Origin: Parcubacteria bacterium C7867-001
GTDB taxonomy: Bacteria; Patescibacteriota; Minisyncoccia; Phycocordibacterales; Phycocordibacteraceae
Direction of reading: 5' to 3'
Length of the DNA stretch: 64,000 bases
Assembly (NCBI GenBank): GCA_001189095.1
Contig: LFCK01000002.1
Span: 65,937 to 129,936, forward strand
Shown here one piece after another: positions 9,902 through 18,586 of this stretch. How positions within the stretch are numbered: the stretch's first letter is position 1; each line of letters opens with the position of its first letter. A program made the position numbers and the translations under genes. Under the pieces are notes generated by a model. The model was given only the letters and a program-made list of their open reading frames with translations. It was not told where the DNA came from and made no database searches.

Positions 9902-10234
9902 ATGCTTCCCCGCCGCCACCGTCTCCCGCGGCGCGCGTTTACCTCTCTCCGGCACGCAAAACGTGCTGAGACGGCCCATTTTTCCGTACTCCTCCTCCCT
10001 TCTGGGGCAGAGGGGGGCTGTGCGGCAATAGTTTCAAAAAAGGTCGCCCGACTTTCAGTAAAAAGGCACCTTCTCAAGCGCCGAATACTCTCGGTCATGC
10101 GCCCCTGGTGCCTTACCCATCTTGGTATCGTAGTCCACGCTCGTGCTGGCAGCGATAAGCTCGCCTTCTCGGAACTTAAAGAGGAATTAGGAGCCCTTCT
10201 TGGGCGACTTTTGCCACAAATTCGTGCATACTAG
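9902..10234 (+). CDS. rnpA: RNase P protein component
   Basis: 110 aa basic protein in the conserved rpmH-rnpA-yidC order, with an RnpA-like FSVLLLPS...VSKKV...KRHLLKRR core. Confidence 0.85.
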   Translation: MLPRRHRLPRRAFTSLRHAKRAETAHFSVLLLPSGAEGGCAAIVSKKVARLSVKRHLLKRRILSVMRPWCLTHLGIVVHARAGSDKLAFSELKEELGALLGRLLPQIRAY

Positions 10235-10240
10235 AAATTC

Positions 10241-10981
10241 ATGATTGAATTTTTCCATCAGTTTCTTTACGTTCCGATCTACAACCTCCTCGTGTTTCTC
10301 GTCGGGATCATGCCGGGAGGGGATATTGGCCTCTCGGTCATTGTGGCGACGCTTATCGTAAAAATAATCATCATGCCGCTCTCGCTTGCGGCTGTCCGTA
10401 CGCAGAAGATGATGAAAATCATCGAGCCGAAGGTTAAGAAAATCCAAGAAGAGCTTAAGGACGATAAGGAGAAACAGGCGCGTGAACTTTTTGCCGTCTA
10501 TAAAAAATACAAAATAAAGCCGCTCGCGAGCTTCCTTACGCTCCTCATCCAGATTCCAATACTTATTTCGCTTTATTGGGTGTTTAGCACCGAAATTCTT
10601 CCGCAGGCTGACCTTTCCCTCCTCTACTCCTTCGTGCATCTCCCTGCGTCCGCCTCCCCGCTCTTCCTCGGTCTTTTCCCTGTTGCCGCATCGAGCATCG
10701 CTCTCGCTCTTATCGCAGGTCTCTCGCAGCTTGTTCAGGCGTACGTCGCTATTCCGCTCCCCCCTGCCCCAAGCAAAGATGCAGCTGCCTCAATGCAGGC
10801 TGAATTTGGCCGCGCTCTCGCTCTTCAAGCTCGCTTCATCATCCCGATTCTTATCGGTGTTGTTGCCTATACCTCTGGCGCAATCGCACTTTATTTCATC
10901 ACCAGCAATATCGTGATGCTCTTACAGGAATTCATCGTTCGCCAAGGAAAACTTCCCGAGCTCGCTGAAGAGGATCGCTAA
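10241..10981 (+). CDS. yidC: Membrane protein insertase YidC/Oxa1 (short monoderm-type)
   Basis: 246 aa with 5 TM helices and no large periplasmic domain. Positioned after rnpA. Confidence 0.85.
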   Translation: MIEFFHQFLYVPIYNLLVFLVGIMPGGDIGLSVIVATLIVKIIIMPLSLAAVRTQKMMKIIEPKVKKIQEELKDDKEKQARELFAVYKKYKIKPLASFLTLLIQIPILISLYWVFSTEILPQADLSLLYSFVHLPASASPLFLGLFPVAASSIALALIAGLSQLVQAYVAIPLPPAPSKDAAASMQAEFGRALALQARFIIPILIGVVAYTSGAIALYFITSNIVMLLQEFIVRQGKLPELAEEDR

Positions 10982-12237
10982 AGGTCGAATGCGTAGAGCG
11001 AGCTGTCTCGCTTATTCATGAACACGAGAATGTCCGCTTTCGGATCTAAGGTAAGGTTTTGTACATCAATATCGGTTCCCGTGACATTCGATGGGTCGAT
11101 GGTAAGTACTGCAAGACGAGAAACAAGATCTATCTTCCAGATACGGTCTGCAAAGCGGACGGCACCCTGATACCAATCGTCAGGAAGCGTTCCGGAAATT
11201 TTCTTTGGAACGGCGCAAAAGACATTTGTTTCGTCAGGAGACCAAACGCACTTTTCCGCAAAGGTAGGGGTTGGAAGCGCGGTTATGGTGCGTGTTGCGA
11301 CCGAAAGAACTGCAAGGCGCGGAGTTCCTCCATCAGTGTAGGAAAATAGTACCGATTTGCCCGAAGGACTCGGAAGGGTTGCGAGGCCTGAGAGTGGACC
11401 GAGGAGACGTGAGAAGTTTCCCGAGGCATCAACGAGGAAGGAATAGCCCGGAACACCGGAAGAAGCTTTCGTTGTCGCAACAAAGGTCTTTCCTGCGAAT
11501 CGGACCGAAAGAGAGGAAAGGACGGAGGAGAAGGCTGTTTTAACATTCGAACCGTCTGAACGGGCAGTTGTTCCTATTGAGCCAGAAGAGTTTTTTACGA
11601 GTGAAAATACGGTACTCGACGCACTTGTGGTCACTTCATCGAGATCGCGCTCGAGGAAATACCCCCCTTCCCCGTTTGCCGGAAGCGCGTAAGTCTCAAT
11701 ATGTTCATCGCCCGCGTCGTCCTTCGAAAGGTACTGCGTAAATGCGAGTGAGCCATCAGCGACCCACGCAGCCGTTTGTATCCCCGGAACTGTTTTGTTT
11801 GAAAGGCGGGTCGAGGCGTCGGCATGGAATTTGTAGGAATACACGTTACCGCTCGCGCGGTCGATGTAGCGAATGTCAGTGTCGTCGGTCGGCGCGAGAG
11901 TTCCGGCTGGTGTTGAGGTTGAGGTGGTCGCTGTCTGCCCCGCCTTCGGCGCTGGAACGTATACTGCAGCGAAACCAGCAACGACCGGCGCAGCCGTTAC
12001 TTGTATAAAGCGAGCGGAGAGCTTCTTCCCTGCTCCCTGCGAAATAATGCCCGTGTCCGTATTCCCATTAGTGTTCCCTCCCGTAACATCGTTACTTCCC
12101 GTATTTCCGAACGGATTCTCTCCACCGGTTGTGAGAGTCGGCGAAGAAGGAGCGAAGAAGATGAAATACACCGCAGCAAGTACGCCGAGTCCGACGACAA
12201 TGCTTGCGACAATGATGAGGATACGACGTGTGTTCAT
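10978..12237 (-). CDS. Exported hypothetical protein, possibly beta-propeller-like; last gene of the type IV secretion-like operon
   Basis: N-terminal TM/signal anchor, a Gly/Thr-rich linker and a repetitive beta-rich C-terminus. 4-nt overlap with the upstream gene. Confidence 0.5.
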   Translation of the reverse strand: MNTRRILIIVASIVVGLGVLAAVYFIFFAPSSPTLTTGGENPFGNTGSNDVTGGNTNGNTDTGIISQGAGKKLSARFIQVTAAPVVAGFAAVYVPAPKAGQTATTSTSTPAGTLAPTDDTDIRYIDRASGNVYSYKFHADASTRLSNKTVPGIQTAAWVADGSLAFTQYLSKDDAGDEHIETYALPANGEGGYFLERDLDEVTTSASSTVFSLVKNSSGSIGTTARSDGSNVKTAFSSVLSSLSVRFAGKTFVATTKASSGVPGYSFLVDASGNFSRLLGPLSGLATLPSPSGKSVLFSYTDGGTPRLAVLSVATRTITALPTPTFAEKCVWSPDETNVFCAVPKKISGTLPDDWYQGAVRFADRIWKIDLVSRLAVLTIDPSNVTGTDIDVQNLTLDPKADILVFMNKRDSSLYAFDL

Positions 12238-12239
12238 AG

Positions 12240-13160
12240 TTACTTAACCATACCTGGTGTGACTGTCGTCTCGGAGAATCCGGTCGAGTAGTCACACGCT
12301 GGTGCTGGGAGCTCAACGGTATGAGCGCCTATGGCTTTTTCTCCGACCACAGCGCATCCCTGAAGGGTTTTTATAGGACTATCGGTGCTTGCGCCGTGTT
12401 TCGTATCTGCGTTGCAGTAAGCAGCTAGCTGCGCAGAGGTAACTCCGCCATTTTTCGGAGCAACATATACGTGCTGGAAGAATCCGGACGCACAACCACC
12501 GGTTTTTGATTTATCAAACTCTGCATAGCCGGCCCAAATAACACTTCCAAGTTGGGACGCAACCCACTTCTTAGTAGCCGGCGGTATTTTTTCGCAGTAC
12601 TCGCCAGTAGTACTAAAGACAAGCTCTTCGGTATCAGGATCGCAGACAGGAGTGTCGCCAGCAGGCTCACCACCCTCATCGGCCGGTGTTGTGTCCGTTG
12701 GTGTATCTCCACCACCTGTTCCCCCGTCTCCACCAGCCGGCTTACCGTCCCCTGTTTTCGGGCCTCCATCTCCTGTTCCCGAGACAATAGGCGCAAGGTC
12801 GAGTTTAAGATCGAGAATTCGGGGGTCTATGACACTAAATACAATGGTCGGTGCGAGCACGATAAGGAGACCGAAAATCGACCATCCAATGAGGCTGCGT
12901 GCCTCTTTCTTCTCGGTAATCGAGTCGGGACCGAGATACATGATGCCTGCGCGCATGATCTGGAGAACCGCGAGGGCGGCAGCGATACCGATGCAAATTT
13001 TGTAGAGCGAGTTGAAGAACGGCGCGAAACCTTGGCTGCCCGCATTCACGACTTCCTTGAACGCAGGAATCTGCGTGAGCGGGGTGAAGGTCGCCTCATT
13101 CGCAGCAAAGACGCCGAGCGGAAGAATGAGGAACGCGAGAATGAAAAGAAGAGTTCGCAT
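12240..13160 (-). CDS. VirB2/TrbC-like pilin fused to a Gly/Pro-rich linker and a Cys-rich C-terminal domain
   Basis: Signal peptide plus two hydrophobic helices (IGIAAALAVLQIMRAGIMYLG ... IGWSIFGLLIVLAPTIVF), typical of T4SS pilins. Then a GDGGPKTGDG linker and a ~150-aa domain with 8 Cys. Confidence 0.5.
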   Translation of the reverse strand: MRTLLFILAFLILPLGVFAANEATFTPLTQIPAFKEVVNAGSQGFAPFFNSLYKICIGIAAALAVLQIMRAGIMYLGPDSITEKKEARSLIGWSIFGLLIVLAPTIVFSVIDPRILDLKLDLAPIVSGTGDGGPKTGDGKPAGGDGGTGGGDTPTDTTPADEGGEPAGDTPVCDPDTEELVFSTTGEYCEKIPPATKKWVASQLGSVIWAGYAEFDKSKTGGCASGFFQHVYVAPKNGGVTSAQLAAYCNADTKHGASTDSPIKTLQGCAVVGEKAIGAHTVELPAPACDYSTGFSETTVTPGMVK

Positions 13161-13162
13161 GG

Positions 13163-14128
13163 TTATAGTCCAAATATACCAAGCGGTTTCGCTGCGCCGA
13201 AGGTCACCGGAAGGTTTTGTGAGGCGCTCTGGATGGTTGCTGAGTGAGTTGCCGTGACGCCGATGGTTGCTGAACCAGCGCCGTTTCCGGTCGGTCGCAC
13301 GGTGAGGTCCTTCTCTCCCCCGCTTGCAACGCTATTCACTACCCACGCGATGGTTGGGATGCTCGGGAAGAAGTACGGAACGACGCGAAACGTTTCTTCA
13401 GAGTCGGTCATCGCTACGGTTCCGAAAAGTGCAGTGTTGAAATCAGGACCAAGGAGCGGATCGTTCTTATAAATGCGCAGGAGCGGCACTGCGGGGGCGA
13501 TGGCGAGCTGTGCCCCTCCGACGAGCGACTGATCAGGTGTTACGATAGTGACCGAAACAATTGCATCTCGGTAGCGCACCGGCGCAGTCACCGAAAGAGC
13601 TGAGCGCCCAATGCCCGACTCGGCCATGAGATTTTGATCCCCCACCTTCCACTGATAGGAAAGCGTTGTTGGGTCGATTCGTTTCCCTCCTGTTGTACGG
13701 AAATCGGCCAGCGCTATGAGGCGGATGCGTGATTCGCTCGTAATCGAGCCCGTACCGAGGTAGAGAGGGTGGACGGTGGTTGAAGGTTCAACCACCAGAG
13801 AGACGTCTTGTGGGGTGAGAACGATCTTTTTCGTATAGGTAGCTCCATTTATGGTTGCAGCTACTGAAATGGGGGTGGCCTCGCCTACTCCGCCAAGGGT
13901 GACTGAAATCGGTTCGGTGCCAGTCGTGATGGCGACCTCCTTCCCTCCTACGGTTGTGGTGATGCGAGCGAGCTCAAGCGGGATCTGGGTACTTTCGGGG
14001 GTTAGAGAAATGGTCGAGTATGGCGCAAAGAACCGCGGACTTACAGAAAGGTCGAATTCATTCGCTGCATGAGCAGGAAAAGCCGTTACGAGGAGAGTAA
14101 GGGCGACAAGAAATAGCGGAACGCGCAT
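13163..14128 (-). CDS. Secreted hypothetical protein (T4SS-like operon)
   Basis: Clear signal peptide MRVPLFLVALTLLVTAFPAHA. Beta-rich mature part. Confidence 0.5.
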   Translation of the reverse strand: MRVPLFLVALTLLVTAFPAHAANEFDLSVSPRFFAPYSTISLTPESTQIPLELARITTTVGGKEVAITTGTEPISVTLGGVGEATPISVAATINGATYTKKIVLTPQDVSLVVEPSTTVHPLYLGTGSITSESRIRLIALADFRTTGGKRIDPTTLSYQWKVGDQNLMAESGIGRSALSVTAPVRYRDAIVSVTIVTPDQSLVGGAQLAIAPAVPLLRIYKNDPLLGPDFNTALFGTVAMTDSEETFRVVPYFFPSIPTIAWVVNSVASGGEKDLTVRPTGNGAGSATIGVTATHSATIQSASQNLPVTFGAAKPLGIFGL

Positions 14129-14166
14129 AAGAATAGTATACCGTGCAAAAAAGCGCGTACAGGAAA

Positions 14167-14715
14167 TTACGCAGCTGTTTTTTCGGGTTGGTTTCGGTCA
14201 GGAGTACTTGTTCGTGCGGTTCTTCGCTCTTGAGCTCGCTGGTAGGCGGGAGCGTCCGAAGGGCCTCCTGTTATGACCGCTCTAAGGGCCTCGCGGCGCC
14301 TCTTTGCCGAAGTTGCAAGTGAAATTGTGTCAGCAAAGCTTTTCGGCATTATTCCTGCGTCTTCGAGACGTACGAAGAAAATGGTCGAAGCGACACCGAA
14401 GGTAATCGCAGGAATCATATCAACAAACGGTATGAGTTCGAGAAGTGCGGTACCACCGATTACGGCCCACTTTACGAGCCCAACCTTGAATACTTCCTTA
14501 CTGGGCGCCTGTTTCTTTCCGAATATGATACTCGGATCGATGAGGGGAAACCAAAGGAGATAAAAGAGGAAATTAGCGATAGCGCCAATGAGGAAGCAGA
14601 CTACTACATCAACAAAGGGGATGAAGGTTGCGAGAAACTGTACTCCGTCGAGCGCTCCCGCAACAGTGAGAAGAAGGTTTCCGGTGAGATTCCCAATCCG
14701 TCTCCGAGTGCTCAT
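14167..14715 (-). CDS. Integral membrane protein, hypothetical (T4SS-like operon)
   Basis: 182 aa with 4 predicted TM helices. Overlaps the virB4 stop by 4 nt. Confidence 0.5.
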   Translation of the reverse strand: MSTRRRIGNLTGNLLLTVAGALDGVQFLATFIPFVDVVVCFLIGAIANFLFYLLWFPLIDPSIIFGKKQAPSKEVFKVGLVKWAVIGGTALLELIPFVDMIPAITFGVASTIFFVRLEDAGIMPKSFADTISLATSAKRRREALRAVITGGPSDAPAYQRAQERRTARTSTPDRNQPEKTAA

Positions 14716-16535
14716 ACCCGCTCAGTACTTTCTTGACGCTGCTTTTCCTTTCTAATAGCGAGGAGCTGAGACGGGTCTGAGGTGATGATCTGGTCTTCGG
14801 TGTAGGAAGCGACGATTTTAATAGCGACGTGCTTAAGGCCCGCGAAGAACAGGCCCTCCCCCACTCCAGACTCAAGGAGAAGGTATTTCTCTTCATCGGT
14901 GAGATTGAAAATATCTTTAAGCACCTCAATCGTGGTCGGCGACTGCTTCAGAAGGAGCTGGATGGAGGAGTTCGTAAGAATCGGCTTGCCGTAGGGAGAG
15001 CGAAGGAAGTCTTCCACGTCCTGCGTAATGGTGGCAACGCCGAGGTAGTACTTGCGGCCGCGTTTCGCGAGGCTGTAGAGGAAAGAGGCGGTGTCTTCTG
15101 ATTTCATCATCCACCACGCCTCATCGATGACGAGAAGGCGCTTCTTGAGCTCGCGGCGGACTGCGTTCCAGATGAAGTGCGTAACGATATACATCGCGAC
15201 AGGTTTCAATTCGTCTTCCATGTCGCGTACGGAGAACACGACGAATTGCTTGTTGATATCGACGTTGGTCGGCTGATTAATGAAGCCCGACCATGTGCCA
15301 TGTGTGTACTTACTGAGGCGTTGCACCAAGGACTGGGAGCCCTCCATGCCTGAAAGCACACTCTCGAAGTCTGAGAGGAGTGGCGGCTCGACGCCCGTAA
15401 AATCAGCATCCCCCGTTATGTCCTTAAGCGCGTATGTTTCTGTGACGGCACGGTCGATGATGGCGTCTTCCTCAGGGGAAAGGCCGCCGAGCATGATGCG
15501 GAAGAGGCCGACAAGAGTGATGATGTTCGAGCGCAGAATGTCTGAAGGATTCTCATCTTGGCGTACGACCGGAAGATCGAATGGGTTGATGTGGTGTTCA
15601 GAGGAAAGCGAGATATTGAAGAGGCGTCCACCAGTGGCTTCCGCAAGGTATTCGTATTCGCGCTCAGGGTCGATGACGATGACATCGGTATCAAACATGA
15701 GCGAACGTAGGATCTCGAGCTTCACCGCATAGGACTTACCAGAACCGGATTTTGCAAAGACGACCGAGTTGTAGTTTTCAAGCGAAAAACGGTCGAAGAG
15801 AATCAATGAAGCATTGTGGCGGTTAATGCCGTAGAGGATGCCGTGATCACTCGTGAGGTCAAAGGAGACGAATGGGAAAATGGAAGAAAGAGGCGAGGAA
15901 TTCATCTTTGAATTTACGGCGAGCTCGTCGTTCGCAAGTGGAAGCGTTGAGCGGAAGCCCTGCTCCTGCTGGAAGAGTGCAGGTTTGGTATAGACGAGCT
16001 TGGCGTCGAGGACGCCGCGGAGCTCCCCTTCTATCTTGTCGAGTTCCTCTTTCGATTCCCCGTAGATGGTTATGTAGAGACCGAGATCAAAAATTTTCTC
16101 CTGCGCCTGCTGGAGGTTGTCCCGCAGACCTTCGAGGTCTTGGTATGCCGTGTCGAGCATTGGGTCGCGCACAAACCCCTTCTCTTCCCGTTCAGATATC
16201 TGGCTCTGCACTTCAGCAGTTTTCTTCTGGAGATTCCTAAGAGCTTGCCCTGTTTCGATGGGATGAACGAAAATGCCGATGTCGAAAACACGCGCAAGGT
16301 TGATGATCGGTGTGAACCAGCTATCGGTGAGGAAGCGCGGGTAGGAAATGGTGTAGAACGTGCGGGACATCTTCTCGCCGAGCTGTAGTTCCTTGGCGCT
16401 GACCTTAAGAGCCGCTGGGGCGATGGTATCTGCAAGGTTAAGCTGCCCTTCTGCATAAATGTCCTTCGGCAAGACCGGCACCACCGTTGCGGTGTCGTCT
16501 TTTTTCTTTCGTGCGAGGAAGTCGAGAAGAGCCAT
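14712..16535 (-). CDS. virB4: VirB4/TrbE/TraC-family type IV secretion ATPase, C-terminal 607-aa part
   Basis: Walker A FAKSGSGKSYAV, Walker B LLVIDEAWWMM and a Gram-positive-type N-domain region YPRFLTDSWF. It is in-frame with the upstream 214-aa ORF, separated only by one TAA. Confidence 0.85.
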   Translation of the reverse strand: MALLDFLARKKKDDTATVVPVLPKDIYAEGQLNLADTIAPAALKVSAKELQLGEKMSRTFYTISYPRFLTDSWFTPIINLARVFDIGIFVHPIETGQALRNLQKKTAEVQSQISEREEKGFVRDPMLDTAYQDLEGLRDNLQQAQEKIFDLGLYITIYGESKEELDKIEGELRGVLDAKLVYTKPALFQQEQGFRSTLPLANDELAVNSKMNSSPLSSIFPFVSFDLTSDHGILYGINRHNASLILFDRFSLENYNSVVFAKSGSGKSYAVKLEILRSLMFDTDVIVIDPEREYEYLAEATGGRLFNISLSSEHHINPFDLPVVRQDENPSDILRSNIITLVGLFRIMLGGLSPEEDAIIDRAVTETYALKDITGDADFTGVEPPLLSDFESVLSGMEGSQSLVQRLSKYTHGTWSGFINQPTNVDINKQFVVFSVRDMEDELKPVAMYIVTHFIWNAVRRELKKRLLVIDEAWWMMKSEDTASFLYSLAKRGRKYYLGVATITQDVEDFLRSPYGKPILTNSSIQLLLKQSPTTIEVLKDIFNLTDEEKYLLLESGVGEGLFFAGLKHVAIKIVASYTEDQIITSDPSQLLAIRKEKQRQESTERV

Positions 16536-16547
16536 AGTTCTTGTATA

Positions 16548-17192
16548 TTACCGTCCTTGTGCGGCACCTGCGATTGGCGCGGACTCGTTTTCGCTCAAAT
16601 TGAACGAGCGATAGAGTAACTCAATGATTTCTTCGGTACCGAGCGGTACGGCGCGAAGACCGGTCGCTGAAATGCCGCCTGCAACGAGTGCCATGCGCTG
16701 CTCGAGCTGGACGCGGTATTCCTCGAAAGAGCCGCTCGTCTCACTTTCACCCGCGGTCTTTTTCTTTCCAAGCATGGGAAGCGAACTCACCATCTCCCCT
16801 GCTATTGCTGGTGAATACGGCACGACGAGATAGAAAACCTTCGTCATGATGTCGCTTCCCTCCATGAAGCTCTGAATGAATTGCACGTACTCACGCACCT
16901 GTATGCGCATAAGTTCCGATTGCTGCGCGTCGAGGCGCTCGTTAAGGAGTGCGAGATACGGTCGAATATCCATTTTGCGCGAGTGCACGACTATCTGTAC
17001 CGAGAAATCGAGCGTATTAAGGAAAGTTTGGAAGCCGCCGATGATGGCGCGCTGCTCGTCTTCTGATTTAAGCGCGAAGTTGAGCGAAGAGCACATGAGG
17101 ATGCCGCGATACCCGCCATCTTTCAAAATGACGACACCATTACGGATTTCCTTAACGGGCACGAACGCTTGTGTTGGTTTTGCGTCAGGCAT
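16548..17192 (-). CDS. VirB4 N-terminal segment-like protein (214 aa), separated from the ATPase ORF by a single in-frame stop
   Basis: Resembles the extreme N-terminus of monoderm VirB4 (PrgJ/TcpF type). Its stop TAA (16548-16550) is in the same frame as the ATG at 16535. Confidence 0.6.
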   Translation of the reverse strand: MPDAKPTQAFVPVKEIRNGVVILKDGGYRGILMCSSLNFALKSEDEQRAIIGGFQTFLNTLDFSVQIVVHSRKMDIRPYLALLNERLDAQQSELMRIQVREYVQFIQSFMEGSDIMTKVFYLVVPYSPAIAGEMVSSLPMLGKKKTAGESETSGSFEEYRVQLEQRMALVAGGISATGLRAVPLGTEEIIELLYRSFNLSENESAPIAGAAQGR

Positions 17193-17194
17193 GA

Positions 17195-17608
17195 TTAGTT
17201 CTGAGACTGCTCGCCCTGATCCTTAATATCGAGTTTCCACGCGAGTTCATGGAGTTTATTTTCGGATAGGTTGGCCCGTGGGCGTACTGGCGCGACAACC
17301 GGAGCTTCTACTTGCTGGGCCCCAGTATCTTTTTCCTTTTTCCAGAGATAGAGACGCTTTCCGACGTAGTAATTGAAGCCGGACTCGAGGATTTCGACGA
17401 AGGTTTTGCCATTCATCTTGAAAAACGCGAGCGCGCCGGCAAAGGCCGCTATCGGCGTTGCGAGGATTATAGCGATAACGAGTGGGAAATAGAGGAGAAT
17501 CGCAATGCAAATGCCTGCGCCACCGGCGAGATAGATGAACTGTTTGAGCGTGAAGGGACCGAAGATCTTGTCTTCGACTTCAATGAACTGCGGTACCTGA
17601 TAATCCAT
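17195..17608 (-). CDS. PrgI/VirB3-like small membrane protein
   Basis: N-terminus MDYQVPQFIEVEDKIFGPFTLKQFIYL followed by two TM helices, the hallmark of the PrgI family. Confidence 0.65.
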   Translation of the reverse strand: MDYQVPQFIEVEDKIFGPFTLKQFIYLAGGAGICIAILLYFPLVIAIILATPIAAFAGALAFFKMNGKTFVEILESGFNYYVGKRLYLWKKEKDTGAQQVEAPVVAPVRPRANLSENKLHELAWKLDIKDQGEQSQN

Positions 17609-17638
17609 CGGTACTAGTATAACCGATGCGTTGTGAAC

Positions 17639-18583
17639 CTACTCAACAGGTTCGCGGTAGGGATCGTTGTTACCAACTCGCGGTGGAGGTGAAGCTGCAG
17701 GACGGCGCGAGATTTCAGAAGGCATGTACGGGCGTGCAAATTGCTGCGGAGGAGCGACCGGTTTTGGAGGAGTTGGTGGTGTCCATGTCTGCTGCGGCTG
17801 GGGAGTTTGAACGGGCGTTGGCGCAACTGGTTGTGCGTGCGGAGCTCCGTGTGACTCTGGAAGCGTAATCATGTGCGGAGCTGGATGCTCCCCTGCCTTA
17901 ATGGCCTTCATATCTTCTGCCATGGTGCGCATGGTTCCGAAGGTTGCTGCAGGCTCATTTTGAGGTGCGGGCGCAGGCTGTTGTTGCATATATATATGTA
18001 CGCTCGGTGCCGGCTGCATCACCTGCGGAGCAGGGGCTGCCTGTTGAGGAGCTGGTTGCATAGGGGTTGATCCCGGCAGAACGATGTTGTTCGGGGCCTG
18101 CGCGACAAATGTCTGAGGTGTAGGCGCGGCTACAGGAACTGGTGTTGGAGTTGACGCGATAGGAGCAGGTGGGACCACAGGAACCCACTTTTGTCCCGCG
18201 GCTTTTTGGGCAGGTGCTGGACGTGCTGCGGGAAGAATTTCTTCTCGGCTCTTTTGTTCGGTTGCCTGTATCTTTTTGAACACCTGCTCGTTTATGTCGT
18301 TTATGACTCCTTGAGTCGTTTGCTCATCGAAACCCTCCTTTCGGAGTTCGTCCATGAACTCTTCAGGAGTCGTGATGCCGAGAAGCATGAAAAGGAAGGC
18401 GTGTTCAAACCCACCCGCTTGATCGGCGTGCATTTTATATTTGCGCATAAGAGCAAGAACAACCTCGTTTCGTCGTGGGCCAACGACGAAATCACGAACG
18501 GCTTTCGGAAGCCCTCCAACCAGCGTTGCGACAGCCTCGTCAATGCTTATTTCGGATTGTGTAGTTGAATTTGTCTGGTCCAT
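17639..18583 (-). CDS. Hypothetical protein with an N-terminal globular domain and a long Pro/Ala/Gln-rich low-complexity tail
   Basis: 314 aa inside the T4SS-like operon. PAPQ-rich repeats. Confidence 0.5.
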   Translation of the reverse strand: MDQTNSTTQSEISIDEAVATLVGGLPKAVRDFVVGPRRNEVVLALMRKYKMHADQAGGFEHAFLFMLLGITTPEEFMDELRKEGFDEQTTQGVINDINEQVFKKIQATEQKSREEILPAARPAPAQKAAGQKWVPVVPPAPIASTPTPVPVAAPTPQTFVAQAPNNIVLPGSTPMQPAPQQAAPAPQVMQPAPSVHIYMQQQPAPAPQNEPAATFGTMRTMAEDMKAIKAGEHPAPHMITLPESHGAPHAQPVAPTPVQTPQPQQTWTPPTPPKPVAPPQQFARPYMPSEISRRPAASPPPRVGNNDPYREPVE

Positions 18584-18586
18584 ACG

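Noticed and set aside
16548-16550. Stop-codon reassignment (UGA to Gly, as in some CPR lineages) as the explanation for the VirB4 in-frame stop
   Set aside because: The stop is TAA, and TGA clearly terminates several confident genes here (for example the yebC-like gene and ruvC). The standard code applies.
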